A DNA stretch of 64,000 nt, taken from positions 64,001 to 128,000 of the IMG/VR virus record IMGVR_UViG_3300035670_000014; one strand, 5' to 3'. A program made the translations under genes and the position numbers. The notes under the pieces are model-generated. The model did no database searches and was not told the DNA's origin. It saw only the letters and a list, made by a program, of their open reading frames with translations. The DNA is from a virus. Each line of letters starts with the position of its first letter. The stretch's first letter is position 1. Positions 29,473-38,987 of the stretch are shown here, one piece after another.

Positions 29473-31210
29473 TTTCCTCTAGTAGCTTAATAATAGAAGC
29501 TTGAATTTTGTATCCACGAATAGCATTGAATGTATCAACTGCAGTCATTTGTGGATTGTGAAAATAAATAATAAACTTGGGAGTAAATGAAAACTTTTCC
29601 AGGCAGGAAAACGGAGAAATAGATACAGAGTAATCATCTGGATTTGTAAACTTGTAAAACAAGTCAACTTCTCCGGTTATCAACCTGGTAAATAGTTCAA
29701 GATTAATCTCCAGATTATGGAATATATGATAGTTTACATAAGAGTAAACTTTCTTGGAAATCTTTTGAAACAGATTATAGTAAAGAGAGTTGGGACTATT
29801 GAAGAAAAGTTTCCTTGCTTCAATAATCTTATTACCAAGTTGCTTAAGGCAAGCCCTTAGGTAGTGCAGCTGAGATGCAGTAAAGGGAACCTCATTAAGA
29901 TAAGCTCCAATGTAAGAGTCAACCTTTGCATCAATCTTACTGACGGTAGTAGAATCACAAGACTTAACAAGATTAATCAAGTATGATTCATATGCGTGAT
30001 CGTAAAAATCCTGACTCCTTAGCTTCAAGAACTTATAGGAGTTAAAGTTTTCATCCTCATAGGGATACTCAGAACTAGAAACTATCTCTCCAATAAGAGT
30101 ATCTTTGACCTTAGTAGGAACACACATAGAAATAATACTAAGAGGAACCTTTACACGTCCTCTCTTAGAGGGAAAATTGGCCATTGTATGCTTTGCTTTG
30201 ACCCAGTCCTCAGCTATCCTAGGGTCTTTAGTATAGCCCACTAGAGTGCCATCTGAAGTGCTTAGAGCCCATCTGGTAACGAGCCTTAAATCATCAGCAA
30301 GATTATAAAAGTATTCCTGAGTAGTCTCTGGTAAATGACTTACAAAGGTTTCAATTGAAGAAACAGTAAGCGGAACCTGGTTCTCAACAAACACAGAGAA
30401 AATACTTTTATTACCCTTAAGGATTTGAAGCTTAGCTATATCAATGTAGCTTTCGAGCCTGAGTTGATTCTCAATAGAATCCTTACTGGACATAAGAAGA
30501 TTGTAAAGTCCAGTAGACTCTTGAACTATATTGAATATTTCCTGGTACTTGGACTCAAGCTGAATAAAGTTTTCAGTGATCCAGGCTGGACTAAACTGAG
30601 GAGGATCAAGTGAGGGAACAGATCCAACTTCAATCTCTTGATTGTAGATGACACCAAATGATTCAAGGACCTCAAGGAAGTCCTGATGCCTTTGATTGTT
30701 TCTGCTTGTATAGAGCCCAGTACTGTTAAGAAGAATTGTATGACTAGGTATGGTAGAACCACACTCTCCTGATACCAAAGTACCATGCTTAAGTTGATGA
30801 GCAAAGTACTTTCTATTGTCAGTATTCTGTAATGTGATTCTTTTCTCGGGGAGAAATTCTCTTTCCGCTTGAATGAAAGAAGGAAACTCTGTGTAATTTA
30901 TATCGTAAGTTAAAGTGGACTCATGAATAACATCAGTATTTTCAATTTCTTGTTCAAGCTCTTCAAGTGTTTTCATCTGCTTTTTTGTTAGAGATTTTTT
31001 CTTTAATGATTGAATCCAATTCTTCACAAGTAAATCATCTTGCAAGTCTTGAGAATTAAGAGTGAGCTGGTTTGATAAATAACAATAACCATTGTTAATT
31101 AGATCAAGTGCCATCTCCCAATCTGAATTACAAAAAAGTGACTGATCAAAGTAAAGAGTAAAATCTTCATCCAACCAGTCACTTGTGGTAATCTTTGTTT
31201 TTAACTTCAT
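29402..31210 (-). CDS. Large hypothetical protein
   Basis: 602-aa ORF with GGGGG upstream. Confidence 0.75.
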   Translation of the reverse strand: MKLKTKITTSDWLDEDFTLYFDQSLFCNSDWEMALDLINNGYCYLSNQLTLNSQDLQDDLLVKNWIQSLKKKSLTKKQMKTLEELEQEIENTDVIHESTLTYDINYTEFPSFIQAEREFLPEKRITLQNTDNRKYFAHQLKHGTLVSGECGSTIPSHTILLNSTGLYTSRNNQRHQDFLEVLESFGVIYNQEIEVGSVPSLDPPQFSPAWITENFIQLESKYQEIFNIVQESTGLYNLLMSSKDSIENQLRLESYIDIAKLQILKGNKSIFSVFVENQVPLTVSSIETFVSHLPETTQEYFYNLADDLRLVTRWALSTSDGTLVGYTKDPRIAEDWVKAKHTMANFPSKRGRVKVPLSIISMCVPTKVKDTLIGEIVSSSEYPYEDENFNSYKFLKLRSQDFYDHAYESYLINLVKSCDSTTVSKIDAKVDSYIGAYLNEVPFTASQLHYLRACLKQLGNKIIEARKLFFNSPNSLYYNLFQKISKKVYSYVNYHIFHNLEINLELFTRLITGEVDLFYKFTNPDDYSVSISPFSCLEKFSFTPKFIIYFHNPQMTAVDTFNAIRGYKIQASIIKLLEENASTLCPAYSSTSVSSDQKEAQS

Positions 31211-31260
31211 GAGTTCCCCCTGAAAAGATACAAAGGAAACAACCTGAAAGGTTGGTAATT

Positions 31261-31962
31261 CTATAGGTTTTGCAAGTCAGAATAAACCGACTCAAACCAT
31301 TCTAGATCCAAATCTCTGAGGTACTTCTCATGGGCAGTAAGTAAGCTTAACATAACACTCTTATAAGTATTCAGGTTGCGATCAACAAGAAAACTATAAG
31401 TACGAGATAGAAGTATAAACTGAAAGCAGTCATTGCCTGCTTTCTTAGAGGCAAGAAAACGAAGTCCCTTTACCGTTTCGTTTATAAACTTGACTTCTGG
31501 CTCAGTAGGGATAAAATCCTTGCCCTTATATCTGTGAATGAAGGCATGAGCTCTATAACCCTTATTAAAAAAAAGAACCTTATTCAACAGTGAAGTTAAA
31601 TAAGGCTCTTTATCCGGGAAACCTGGAAGAGTAATCAGTACGCCGCTATCTTGCTTGCGGTTTTTCATAGATTCATCTTCTGAATTAACAGAGACAGGGA
31701 CTATACTTTCAATTGGTAATCCAGTATTGTCTTCCTGAGATGATTCCGTCTTCGCTATCTCGTCTAAAGTATTGACAGATAACTCCGATACATTCGTACT
31801 ATCTTGCTCGATGTACTCCTGGTTTCCAGAACTAGAGAGTATTAATTCTACTAGTTCTTTTTTGGTTTGACCTGCTGTTGTTGCAGTATCAAATCCAAAA
31901 CTCTCAGCTACATAAAGTAGCTGTTGTTTGTTCATTTTTCCAAGTTCAGAAGGTGTATGCAT
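31261..31962 (-). CDS. Protein with Rho-N/HeH-like N-terminal domain
   Basis: ELGKMNKQQLLYVAESFG...TKKELVELIL resembles Rho_N. Confidence 0.55.
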   Translation of the reverse strand: MHTPSELGKMNKQQLLYVAESFGFDTATTAGQTKKELVELILSSSGNQEYIEQDSTNVSELSVNTLDEIAKTESSQEDNTGLPIESIVPVSVNSEDESMKNRKQDSGVLITLPGFPDKEPYLTSLLNKVLFFNKGYRAHAFIHRYKGKDFIPTEPEVKFINETVKGLRFLASKKAGNDCFQFILLSRTYSFLVDRNLNTYKSVMLSLLTAHEKYLRDLDLEWFESVYSDLQNL

Positions 31963-31975
31963 AGTTTAATAGGGG

Positions 31976-32557
31976 TTAAATGTACCTATTAATTATACTT
32001 CTGATCCTTTCAGTCCATGCATCTTTAAGCTGATTGTTAGGTTGATTGCTTCTCAGTACATAGGCTGGATGAAATACTCCATGTACACCAATCTGAGAAT
32101 CATTAAACTTAACAGAGTAGTCTACATTAATTGCAGGGCCTGCGTCTTGATTAAACAAAGTTTTTATTGCAGTAGATGCAACTTTACCCACACACAAAAC
32201 AACCGAAGGTTGTAATATCTCTATCTCTCTAATCAGGTGATTAGATGCGCACTGCATTGACTGCTCTAGAGATGGGGTTGCATTATTTACTGGCCTACAT
32301 TTAACAGTGTTAGTGATATAGAAAATATTAGGTCTTTCATCAGAGGCTGCCAATAGAGTATCTCTTAGCAACTTACCTGACTTACCAACAAAAGGAACGC
32401 CTTGGAGATCTTCCTCCTGACCTGGAGCTTCGCCAACTACAAGCACAGGCGGCTTAGAGTTAGTAGGTGCACTTGAGTGCCCAACAACTGGACGAGTACA
32501 GCTAGATCTTAGTTGGCAAGAGTGACAATTAAGTATAGACTCTTGTAGTATTCTCAT
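31976..32557 (-). CDS. Family-4 uracil-DNA glycosylase
   Basis: CHSCQL, VGEAPG, PFVGKSG, TNTVKCRP and FHPAYVLR. Confidence 0.93.
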   Translation of the reverse strand: MRILQESILNCHSCQLRSSCTRPVVGHSSAPTNSKPPVLVVGEAPGQEEDLQGVPFVGKSGKLLRDTLLAASDERPNIFYITNTVKCRPVNNATPSLEQSMQCASNHLIREIEILQPSVVLCVGKVASTAIKTLFNQDAGPAINVDYSVKFNDSQIGVHGVFHPAYVLRSNQPNNQLKDAWTERIRSIINRYI

Positions 32558-32563
32558 ATGCCT

Positions 32564-32887
32564 TTACATTAAGGATTCTTTTATTTTAATAATGAGCGGA
32601 AAGACAGACTTGAAGTGATCATTCCACTCTTTGGCTTTGTTAGATTCAAAGTCAAATGCTAAATAAGATAAAAGAGAAAAGTCAGAATCAGATTCAGCAG
32701 CTGAAATAATTTCATCTGCTGTCATTTGAAAAGCTGGGATATCCTTATCAAAGAATACAAACCTGCGAGTCAAAGGGCTATAGTAAATAGAATAAACTTT
32801 TCCCCTTATTGTTTCTTTACCAAGTGTGTAAGTCAGACTTTCAATGAGAGACATGCTCATTTTCCTTACGCTTCTTCTTCTGCTCAC
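32564..32887 (-). CDS. Hypothetical protein
   Basis: Operonic ORF. Confidence 0.55.
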   Translation of the reverse strand: MSRRRSVRKMSMSLIESLTYTLGKETIRGKVYSIYYSPLTRRFVFFDKDIPAFQMTADEIISAAESDSDFSLLSYLAFDFESNKAKEWNDHFKSVFPLIIKIKESLM

Positions 32888-33473
32888 AAAGCAGGATTGT
32901 AGCTATAAGGTTATCTTGTGCCTCTGGGATTGGGAAGTCAGTATAGAGCATCTCCCAACACTCAAAGTAGTCAGATGGCCTAGAAGGATCGTAAGAGAGA
33001 AAAGAATAATATGAATCAATATAGGTACTTATAATCATCCTGGCTAAGTCAGACTTAAAAGGCACTACAGAAAATACTTCATTCAGATTAACTTCTGGAT
33101 GATCCTTAATAAAGTCAATGAAATCAAAAGCTTTGCTTAGTTTCTCATAAGGACAATCTCTAAAGTCCATAGATGAACCTTCAAAGATCTTCCTTAGATA
33201 AGAATCTACATCAACAATAGTATTAATAGGAGGGCTGATAAAGTAATGCTTTCCATTAAACTTCAGGAGCAATGAGGAGTCTATATAGATACAATAGTCT
33301 TCATAAGTTTTACTAAATAGTAAAGCTATAGCTTTACGAGAAGTAGAAAGATTGCCCTGAATCAAAGGAAAGTAAATTGGAGAATCAATTATGTAACTAA
33401 AAACAGTAGAATGAAAATGATTTAGGTAATAAGCACTAGCTGAAGCAATTTTAGAAATAGCAATCTTAAGCAT
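32841..33473 (-). CDS. Hypothetical protein
   Basis: ORF with GGAG RBS. Confidence 0.6.
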   Translation of the reverse strand: MLKIAISKIASASAYYLNHFHSTVFSYIIDSPIYFPLIQGNLSTSRKAIALLFSKTYEDYCIYIDSSLLLKFNGKHYFISPPINTIVDVDSYLRKIFEGSSMDFRDCPYEKLSKAFDFIDFIKDHPEVNLNEVFSVVPFKSDLARMIISTYIDSYYSFLSYDPSRPSDYFECWEMLYTDFPIPEAQDNLIATILLCEQKKKRKENEHVSH

Positions 33474-33493
33474 AAAACTCCAATGATATAGCT

Positions 33494-33517
33494 AAAATAA
33501 ATACCCCGATGGGGTAT
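33494..33517 (-). terminator. Intrinsic terminator
   Basis: AUACCCC-AUC-GGGGUAU followed by UUAUUUU. Confidence 0.65.
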
Positions 33518-33544
33518 AGTCATTTAGTTTAATGTTTACTTTTA

Positions 33545-36250
33545 CTAAAGCAGTTTCCCAACTTTAGATGCAAGTGAATTTAGTGAAGTAAAAGTCTTCT
33601 CTATCAGGTTAGGCAGAATAGAAGTATCTACTACTGAGTCTACAAAAGTCTCGACAGGAAGAGTAAGTTGCTTGATTTCATTCAAGGGAACTTTCTCAAT
33701 AATAATGTCGTCATCAAGTAGATCAATAACAGGAGGCTTAGATTCAAATTTAAACTTGAGTCTAATTCTATCCGCTAAAGCCTCAGGACAAAGAGAAGCA
33801 AAGTGTATATAAGTTTCTTTGTTTCTTTTGTTGTTAGTAGAACAGTAGTCAAGATAATGATCAATTGAATCTGCCCAAATGCCTAGAGCTTCTCGAAAGA
33901 ACTCATTGCATTTATTATGATTGCGAGAAGTAATTGCGTCAAGTAGTTCTTTACTTGATTGCTCATAAGAAACAACCTGATCGTATACACGACCCAAAGA
34001 GAAGCCTAGTACTTTTTCTGGCGCAAAGCCAGGCTTAGATACTACATGCTTAAGAAGCTGTCCTCCCTTTTGGCCATCGTAAAATCCTGCCTCAAATGAC
34101 TTTTTATCAAAAGCAAAAGACGGAGGAGTCAAGCTGCTATCACTACTGGTAAAGTTGCACTCATAAAAATAAGCAAACATGTCCCTGAAGAAAGAACTGT
34201 TAAAATCCTTAAACAGAGTCTTATTTAGAGTGGCACTACTAAGCTTAGCAAAGTTTATATCTGTGTCGATCATAAAGTCATCATCTGAAATTAGCATCGA
34301 GATATAAGTAGTAATGAAAGGCCAGGCAATATCTTCTGTAAAGCAATAGAACTTATCATCAGTAGAGAATTCATTGCTAAGAAGACTCGGATCTGACATC
34401 ACACAAGATGTACCAATAAGAGTAAGAAAGATATCATCAAAGCTAAGATTGTAAGATTCATCTGCCTTGGACTGATGCCCGTGAGACTTAAGATCTCTAT
34501 CAATGTCAATGATCCTAATCGCATGACCTGCAATGAAAGCAAAATACTCTAGCTCATTCATCCCAAATTGTGAACTTAATGATATGGGCTTAATGCCTAG
34601 CAGGCCCATATAGTAGAAATCCTCTTCGTTAGAGCAATATTTCCTAACAGCATCAAGAGTATGCCTAATGTTAGGATCATAAAAGGTATGATTATAAATT
34701 GAGCTAAATGCACTGTTAGGAGTGTCTTTAAGATTACTCATGTAGAAGTCAGCAAGATCAGGATTAACTTTCTTATACATAAGAAAGTCTAGCTCGCTAA
34801 TAAACTTGCCCCTAGACATGAGGTCTTTCATGACAGGTATGTTGTCATCTTTTAGATTAAGAAAAGATATCCTACTCTCTAGATTTGACTTGAAGAAGCC
34901 ATTTGCTTGAGTGTTAGACTTCAGATCAATGCTAGGCTGCTTCTTTGGTTCAGAAGTTGGAGCAATAGAAGTCAAACAATCAGTATTATTACTGAATAAC
35001 TCAGACCAATAGTTAATCTCTTTAGTCAATTCAGTGCCAGTAAAGTAATCAAACTTACCATTCTTGATAAGAGATTTGCTTCTACTGTTAGTCTTTGAAG
35101 TAGACTGACTAGGTGTAGTTCCACTAAAGGTCAGGTCCTTGTAAGGATAACCGACACTAATAGAAGCATCAGAAACATATGTATTACTTTTGGCAGTAGT
35201 AGTAATCTTCTTATTCTTGTAGTTAATTGAACCATAAGGCTTATTGTTCAATATGCCTTTGTCAATCTCACTAGACCATTCATTGGTCGATATCTTGAAG
35301 AGTAATGAAGTGAAGTAATCCATGTCATGCTCATTGGCATAAATGAATTTATCTTCGTTCTTGTGGCATATGCTCCAGATGTGGGGGATGGGTTCTGATT
35401 TAGAAAGAACCTTCTTCATCTCCTTTCTTGTCAGCGTACCAATGCAAGCAGCATTGTAACCAGCTGTCCTGAGAGGCATTGCGTCATTAGGAGGGCAGTT
35501 AATGTTTGCGTAAGTAGAACAAGTATGGTTCTTTACAGCTTCCTTAAACACCATAGAAGCAGAGTTGTAGCTCTGGTCAATCCAGTAGTGAGTGCCCCTT
35601 GCTGTAAGCTCCAGATTAAGAATCAGCCCGATTTTACCATATCGGTCTGTAGCCCTGAGTACATTAGCAAGTGCCTTGCTGCCTCCCATGCCTGACTCTT
35701 CTTCGTCAAGGATCGCAATCATAATATTATGATAAAGCAATCCTCCGCTGGCAAGGTAGTTACAGATCCTTTTGTTAAGAGCAATCAGGTGACAACAGCT
35801 AGCAAGGTTATCTTGAATGTTATCACTGTAAGAGTTTACTATGTCGTGATGGGCGGTAAAGACAATAGTATATTCTTCTTCTACCTTCTTAAGTCTATTC
35901 CTAACAGCTGATGACATAAAAATAGAATAAAGATTAACATTGGAAGGTTTATCCTGGTTTTTATTCTTGCTGTAGTTATGAAACTCAACTTTTGAGAATG
36001 GAGTATCACCCTGAACTGAATGGGAAGCTTGAAGCAAATAAGAAATCATCTTATCTGGTCTTTCTAGCAATCCATAGTCAGGATTAAAGACGTTAAGACT
36101 TCTATTCTGAGTGCAATGAGCTTTACTAGAAAGTAAAGACTCAGCAATAAGATAAGCATTTGAATCAAAGGGAGGCAAAGCCCCCCTTTGATTCAAGTTG
36201 TAGCTTCTAGTGTCAGGAATTTTTTCATTTGAAATACTAATGGCAACCAT
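33545..36250 (-). CDS. M28-family Zn metallopeptidase domain fused to a long unknown C-terminal region
   Basis: TAHHD, QDNLAS, DEEESGMGGS, LELT and CHKNED match M28 ligand spacing. Confidence 0.75.
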   Translation of the reverse strand: MVAISISNEKIPDTRSYNLNQRGALPPFDSNAYLIAESLLSSKAHCTQNRSLNVFNPDYGLLERPDKMISYLLQASHSVQGDTPFSKVEFHNYSKNKNQDKPSNVNLYSIFMSSAVRNRLKKVEEEYTIVFTAHHDIVNSYSDNIQDNLASCCHLIALNKRICNYLASGGLLYHNIMIAILDEEESGMGGSKALANVLRATDRYGKIGLILNLELTARGTHYWIDQSYNSASMVFKEAVKNHTCSTYANINCPPNDAMPLRTAGYNAACIGTLTRKEMKKVLSKSEPIPHIWSICHKNEDKFIYANEHDMDYFTSLLFKISTNEWSSEIDKGILNNKPYGSINYKNKKITTTAKSNTYVSDASISVGYPYKDLTFSGTTPSQSTSKTNSRSKSLIKNGKFDYFTGTELTKEINYWSELFSNNTDCLTSIAPTSEPKKQPSIDLKSNTQANGFFKSNLESRISFLNLKDDNIPVMKDLMSRGKFISELDFLMYKKVNPDLADFYMSNLKDTPNSAFSSIYNHTFYDPNIRHTLDAVRKYCSNEEDFYYMGLLGIKPISLSSQFGMNELEYFAFIAGHAIRIIDIDRDLKSHGHQSKADESYNLSFDDIFLTLIGTSCVMSDPSLLSNEFSTDDKFYCFTEDIAWPFITTYISMLISDDDFMIDTDINFAKLSSATLNKTLFKDFNSSFFRDMFAYFYECNFTSSDSSLTPPSFAFDKKSFEAGFYDGQKGGQLLKHVVSKPGFAPEKVLGFSLGRVYDQVVSYEQSSKELLDAITSRNHNKCNEFFREALGIWADSIDHYLDYCSTNNKRNKETYIHFASLCPEALADRIRLKFKFESKPPVIDLLDDDIIIEKVPLNEIKQLTLPVETFVDSVVDTSILPNLIEKTFTSLNSLASKVGKLL

Positions 36251-36510
36251 TAGCGAGTTAACGTTGCGTAGTTAACCAAGATGATTGAAGTTCCAGCTTT
36301 ACTAAATTTAAACTCATAGTTTTTATCTGGAGAAATATCAAGACGATCCGTATTTACATACGGGAAAGACTGTGAGTTCAAATAAGTACCGTCAGGCTCG
36401 CGATAGGCGACCCTCATAAGACTTGGCTTACTCGTGTTAAGGTAAGCAATCCTATCAGGGTTAACAGTAGGTTGAGAAGGGATCTTTTGCTGCGGAATCT
36501 GAGTCGCCAT
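36250..36510 (-). CDS. Hypothetical protein
   Basis: Coupled ORF. Confidence 0.55.
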   Translation of the reverse strand: MATQIPQQKIPSQPTVNPDRIAYLNTSKPSLMRVAYREPDGTYLNSQSFPYVNTDRLDISPDKNYEFKFSKAGTSIILVNYATLTR

Positions 36511-36679
36511 TAGATAACATCTTTGTTATTTTGTTAACGAAAGCCTCAACGAGGCGAGTGATATATTGAGTAATTTCATCAAGTAAATTCAAAACATAAT
36601 CTCTACCTTTTTGAGAAATGAAAAATTCAAGAACATAATCAGTGATGATTGAAGCTACTAGAGAAATAAATTTCATCAA
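36461..36679 (-). CDS. Hypothetical protein
   Basis: 72-aa ORF with AAGGA upstream. Confidence 0.5.
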   Translation of the reverse strand: MMKFISLVASIITDYVLEFFISQKGRDYVLNLLDEITQYITRLVEAFVNKITKMLSNGDSDSAAKDPFSTYC

Positions 36680-36708
36680 AGTCCTTAGGTAATATACAGG
36701 AAGTCTTC

Positions 36709-37089
36709 TTAGTTAGAAGTTCCTTCCTGAGGGGTGGATAGCAAAGTCTCATCAACAGCATCCAGAACTATAGGAGTAGTTGAAGCTTCAACTGGGACTT
36801 GAGGTGTACCAGCTTCAGTTACTTCTCCTGCGTCAACTTGTACAGGTGCTGATGCTTCTTGTGCAGGAACTGTATCCGATTGTAAGTCCAAGTTACAATC
36901 TGCATAAGGTGCGTCAGCGGATCCACAAGGACCAGTACCTTCAGTCTGAGCGCTAGCTTCTAGTGCCGAACCATCTGCCGGAACGGCAGGAGTCTGGGCG
37001 CTAAAAGCCCAGTATCCTAGGATCGATAGAATAATCAAGATTGCTAGAATTGACGAAAGAACTGGGTTGGGAGTTGAAAGTGATCTCAT
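36709..37089 (-). CDS. Membrane-anchored acidic low-complexity protein
   Basis: N-terminal TM segment followed by EAS/EGT repeats. Confidence 0.65.
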   Translation of the reverse strand: MRSLSTPNPVLSSILAILIILSILGYWAFSAQTPAVPADGSALEASAQTEGTGPCGSADAPYADCNLDLQSDTVPAQEASAPVQVDAGEVTEAGTPQVPVEASTTPIVLDAVDETLLSTPQEGTSN

Positions 37090-37645
37090 GTTGTTGTTCC
37101 TCTAAAATAAGTTTGGTTGATTTTTGCGAGCTAATAGATGAAGTACACAATGTAATCCTATCTTTTAGCTCTAGTAAAGATGCATACTGACTAGAAAGTA
37201 AGTAAGTATGTAGCTCTAGTACATATTGAAATAGATTTGTATTCTCTACAAAAGTAGAGAATGGCAACCTATAAGTGCTAGGAGATTTAAACAATCTCTG
37301 TAAGTCTACAAAGTTTGTATTAATATTAAGAACAGTATTGGGCGAGATCGCCTGAGAAAGATTCTTCAAAGTAGAAGAACCAAACTGGATATCGTTCCTG
37401 CCATAAGTCTTAATGGGATTAGAAGCATTAAGAATATTGCAGGTAGTAAATGTAAGATTCATCTTGAGAGATGACAAGTCACCGAAGTCATCATTCTCAT
37501 TGAATGAAACAAAGAATGAATCACAAGCATAAATGTGTGAAGAAGAAATATTCTGGTACTGAAAATCAATTGAAAAGTTAGACTTAAAGAAGTCAAGAAG
37601 TAATTTTTCAGCAGATTTGTTTTTAGTAAACAACTTATTATTCAT
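37001..37645 (-). CDS. Hypothetical protein
   Basis: Operonic ORF. Confidence 0.55.
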   Translation of the reverse strand: MNNKLFTKNKSAEKLLLDFFKSNFSIDFQYQNISSSHIYACDSFFVSFNENDDFGDLSSLKMNLTFTTCNILNASNPIKTYGRNDIQFGSSTLKNLSQAISPNTVLNINTNFVDLQRLFKSPSTYRLPFSTFVENTNLFQYVLELHTYLLSSQYASLLELKDRITLCTSSISSQKSTKLILEEQQHEITFNSQPSSFVNSSNLDYSIDPRILGF

Positions 37646-37847
37646 TTCTTTTAAGAGCAGCGATTTTGGAAATCAAAAGTTTTTGTGCTCTGTTGAGTTC
37701 ATGTAAGCTAACAACGAGGCCTTGATAATCAGGTCCCTTAGGAGTTTCTTTCATCTCTACTTCAAGATTATATATTTCATCTTGTACAGATTCAAGTTCC
37801 TCGCTAAGTTCTTCTAAAGTTTCACTAAAATTAAGTTCTTTGTTCAT
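37638..37847 (-). CDS. Small coiled-coil protein
   Basis: Heptad pattern. Confidence 0.55.
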   Translation of the reverse strand: MNKELNFSETLEELSEELESVQDEIYNLEVEMKETPKGPDYQGLVVSLHELNRAQKLLISKIAALKRNE

Positions 37848-37884
37848 TTTAAGGTATGATAAGATTATATGTTATAGGTATAGT

Positions 37885-38136
37885 ATGAATTGGAACATTA
37901 AACCAGACAAAGATTTGCTCGAAAAACTTGTTTGGGATTATTCATTAGTTGAATTATCCCTGTTCTTCGAGACATCTAATAAAACAATTGAAAAAAAATG
38001 CAAAGAGCTTAATATTGAATTGCCGCCTAAGGGGTACTGGCACACAGGAGCCAGAAGAGATTCAAAGATTAAAAGACTTGAATCACTCTTTTCTCTCAAA
38101 GAAAAAATACAAAGTCCACAAGAAGCCGGCAAATAG
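37885..38136 (+). CDS. Small HTH-like protein (LPPxGYW family)
   Basis: LEKLVWDYSLVELSLFFETSNKTIEKKCKELNIELPPKGYW resembles a recurrent HTH family; opposite strand to its neighbours. Confidence 0.6.
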   Translation: MNWNIKPDKDLLEKLVWDYSLVELSLFFETSNKTIEKKCKELNIELPPKGYWHTGARRDSKIKRLESLFSLKEKIQSPQEAGK

Positions 38137-38325
38137 AGAAGCGAATACTCCAATTATACTTTTAGTAACAGAAGTAATTGTAAAGTAAAAGAAGACCAAG
38201 CTTAGTACCTCAGATAAGAAGGGTGCCTTCTTAAAGAAGCCTCTGATAGTAATAGGTAGCTTTACATATATAAAGTATAAAGCCATGAAAGCAAAGAATC
38301 CGAATAAAAGAACCTGGATTATCAC
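38083..38325 (-). CDS. Small multi-pass membrane protein
   Basis: Three hydrophobic segments; GAGG RBS before GTG. Confidence 0.6.
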   Translation of the reverse strand: MIIQVLLFGFFAFMALYFIYVKLPITIRGFFKKAPFLSEVLSLVFFYFTITSVTKSIIGVFASLFAGFLWTLYFFFERKE

Positions 38326-38404
38326 CTACAACCTCTTGGGAACAGAGTAATTTATACTCATGTTTAAGTAAAAGTAAACCCCTTATGGGGTTTATCTTCT
38401 AAAG

Positions 38405-38523
38405 TGATAAGGGTTGGATTCGAACCAACAACGCGAGGTGTATCAAGCCTCCGCTCTACCGAGAAGTAGTTCTTAGTAGTAAATTAATACTAGTTAAGCT
38501 TTCTTCATTGGAGCTACCTTATC
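38405..38523 (-). tRNA. tRNA-Ile(GAT) with a 46-nt insertion in the D-loop
   Basis: Acceptor GATAAGG/CCTTATC, D-stem GCTC/GAGC, anticodon loop TT-GAT-AC, T-arm GTTGG-TTCGAAT-CCAAC; insert at 38461-38506; no encoded CCA. Confidence 0.8.
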
Positions 38524-38534
38524 ATGCACTGCAA

Positions 38535-38698
38535 ATTTCGCGAAGCGAAATGTCTTCCCCAGAGCAAGACACTGTTCATTTAATTAAAAATGAAACTTTG
38601 AAACCTAAGTTTACAGAGTATACTTTGAGTATCAGTGCCTTACTCCAGGGAGAACACCACACCAGAGACATGCAACATAAATTTCGCGAAGCGAAATT
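38535..38698. repeat. Two copies of the ATTTCGC-GAA-GCGAAAT hairpin (38535-38551, 38681-38697)
   Basis: Identical 17-nt inverted repeats bracketing a structured non-coding segment. Confidence 0.85.
38551..38670 (-). ncRNA. Candidate structured ncRNA (four-way junction)
   Basis: 19-bp helix (38633-38651 with 38556-38574) with 4 G-U pairs on the minus strand, enclosing three hairpins. Confidence 0.5.
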
Positions 38699-38711
38699 AT
38701 TCCTTAGTAAG

Positions 38712-38987
38712 CTAATCTTCTGTAGAAAGTAGAAAAACTTCGTAAGGAATACATTCCATGTTATCTGATGTACAGATAACGGAGGTAACTAGACCTTCTG
38801 TTTCTGTGAATTCTGCATAGCAAAAGTTAAAGTCATCAAGTTCCCAGCACTTAATGATTTCAAACTCAAGTGGTTCGGGTGCAAAAGAATTAAAGAGATA
38901 ACCTATTAAGACGCCAATAATTAATGTAAAAATTATGAACTCAAGATTCTCTTTAATGTATTTTTTAATATCTAAACGGTTTGACAT
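38712..38987 (-). CDS. Small membrane protein
   Basis: TM helix with a Cys-containing C-terminal domain. Confidence 0.55.
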   Translation of the reverse strand: MSNRLDIKKYIKENLEFIIFTLIIGVLIGYLFNSFAPEPLEFEIIKCWELDDFNFCYAEFTETEGLVTSVICTSDNMECIPYEVFLLSTED

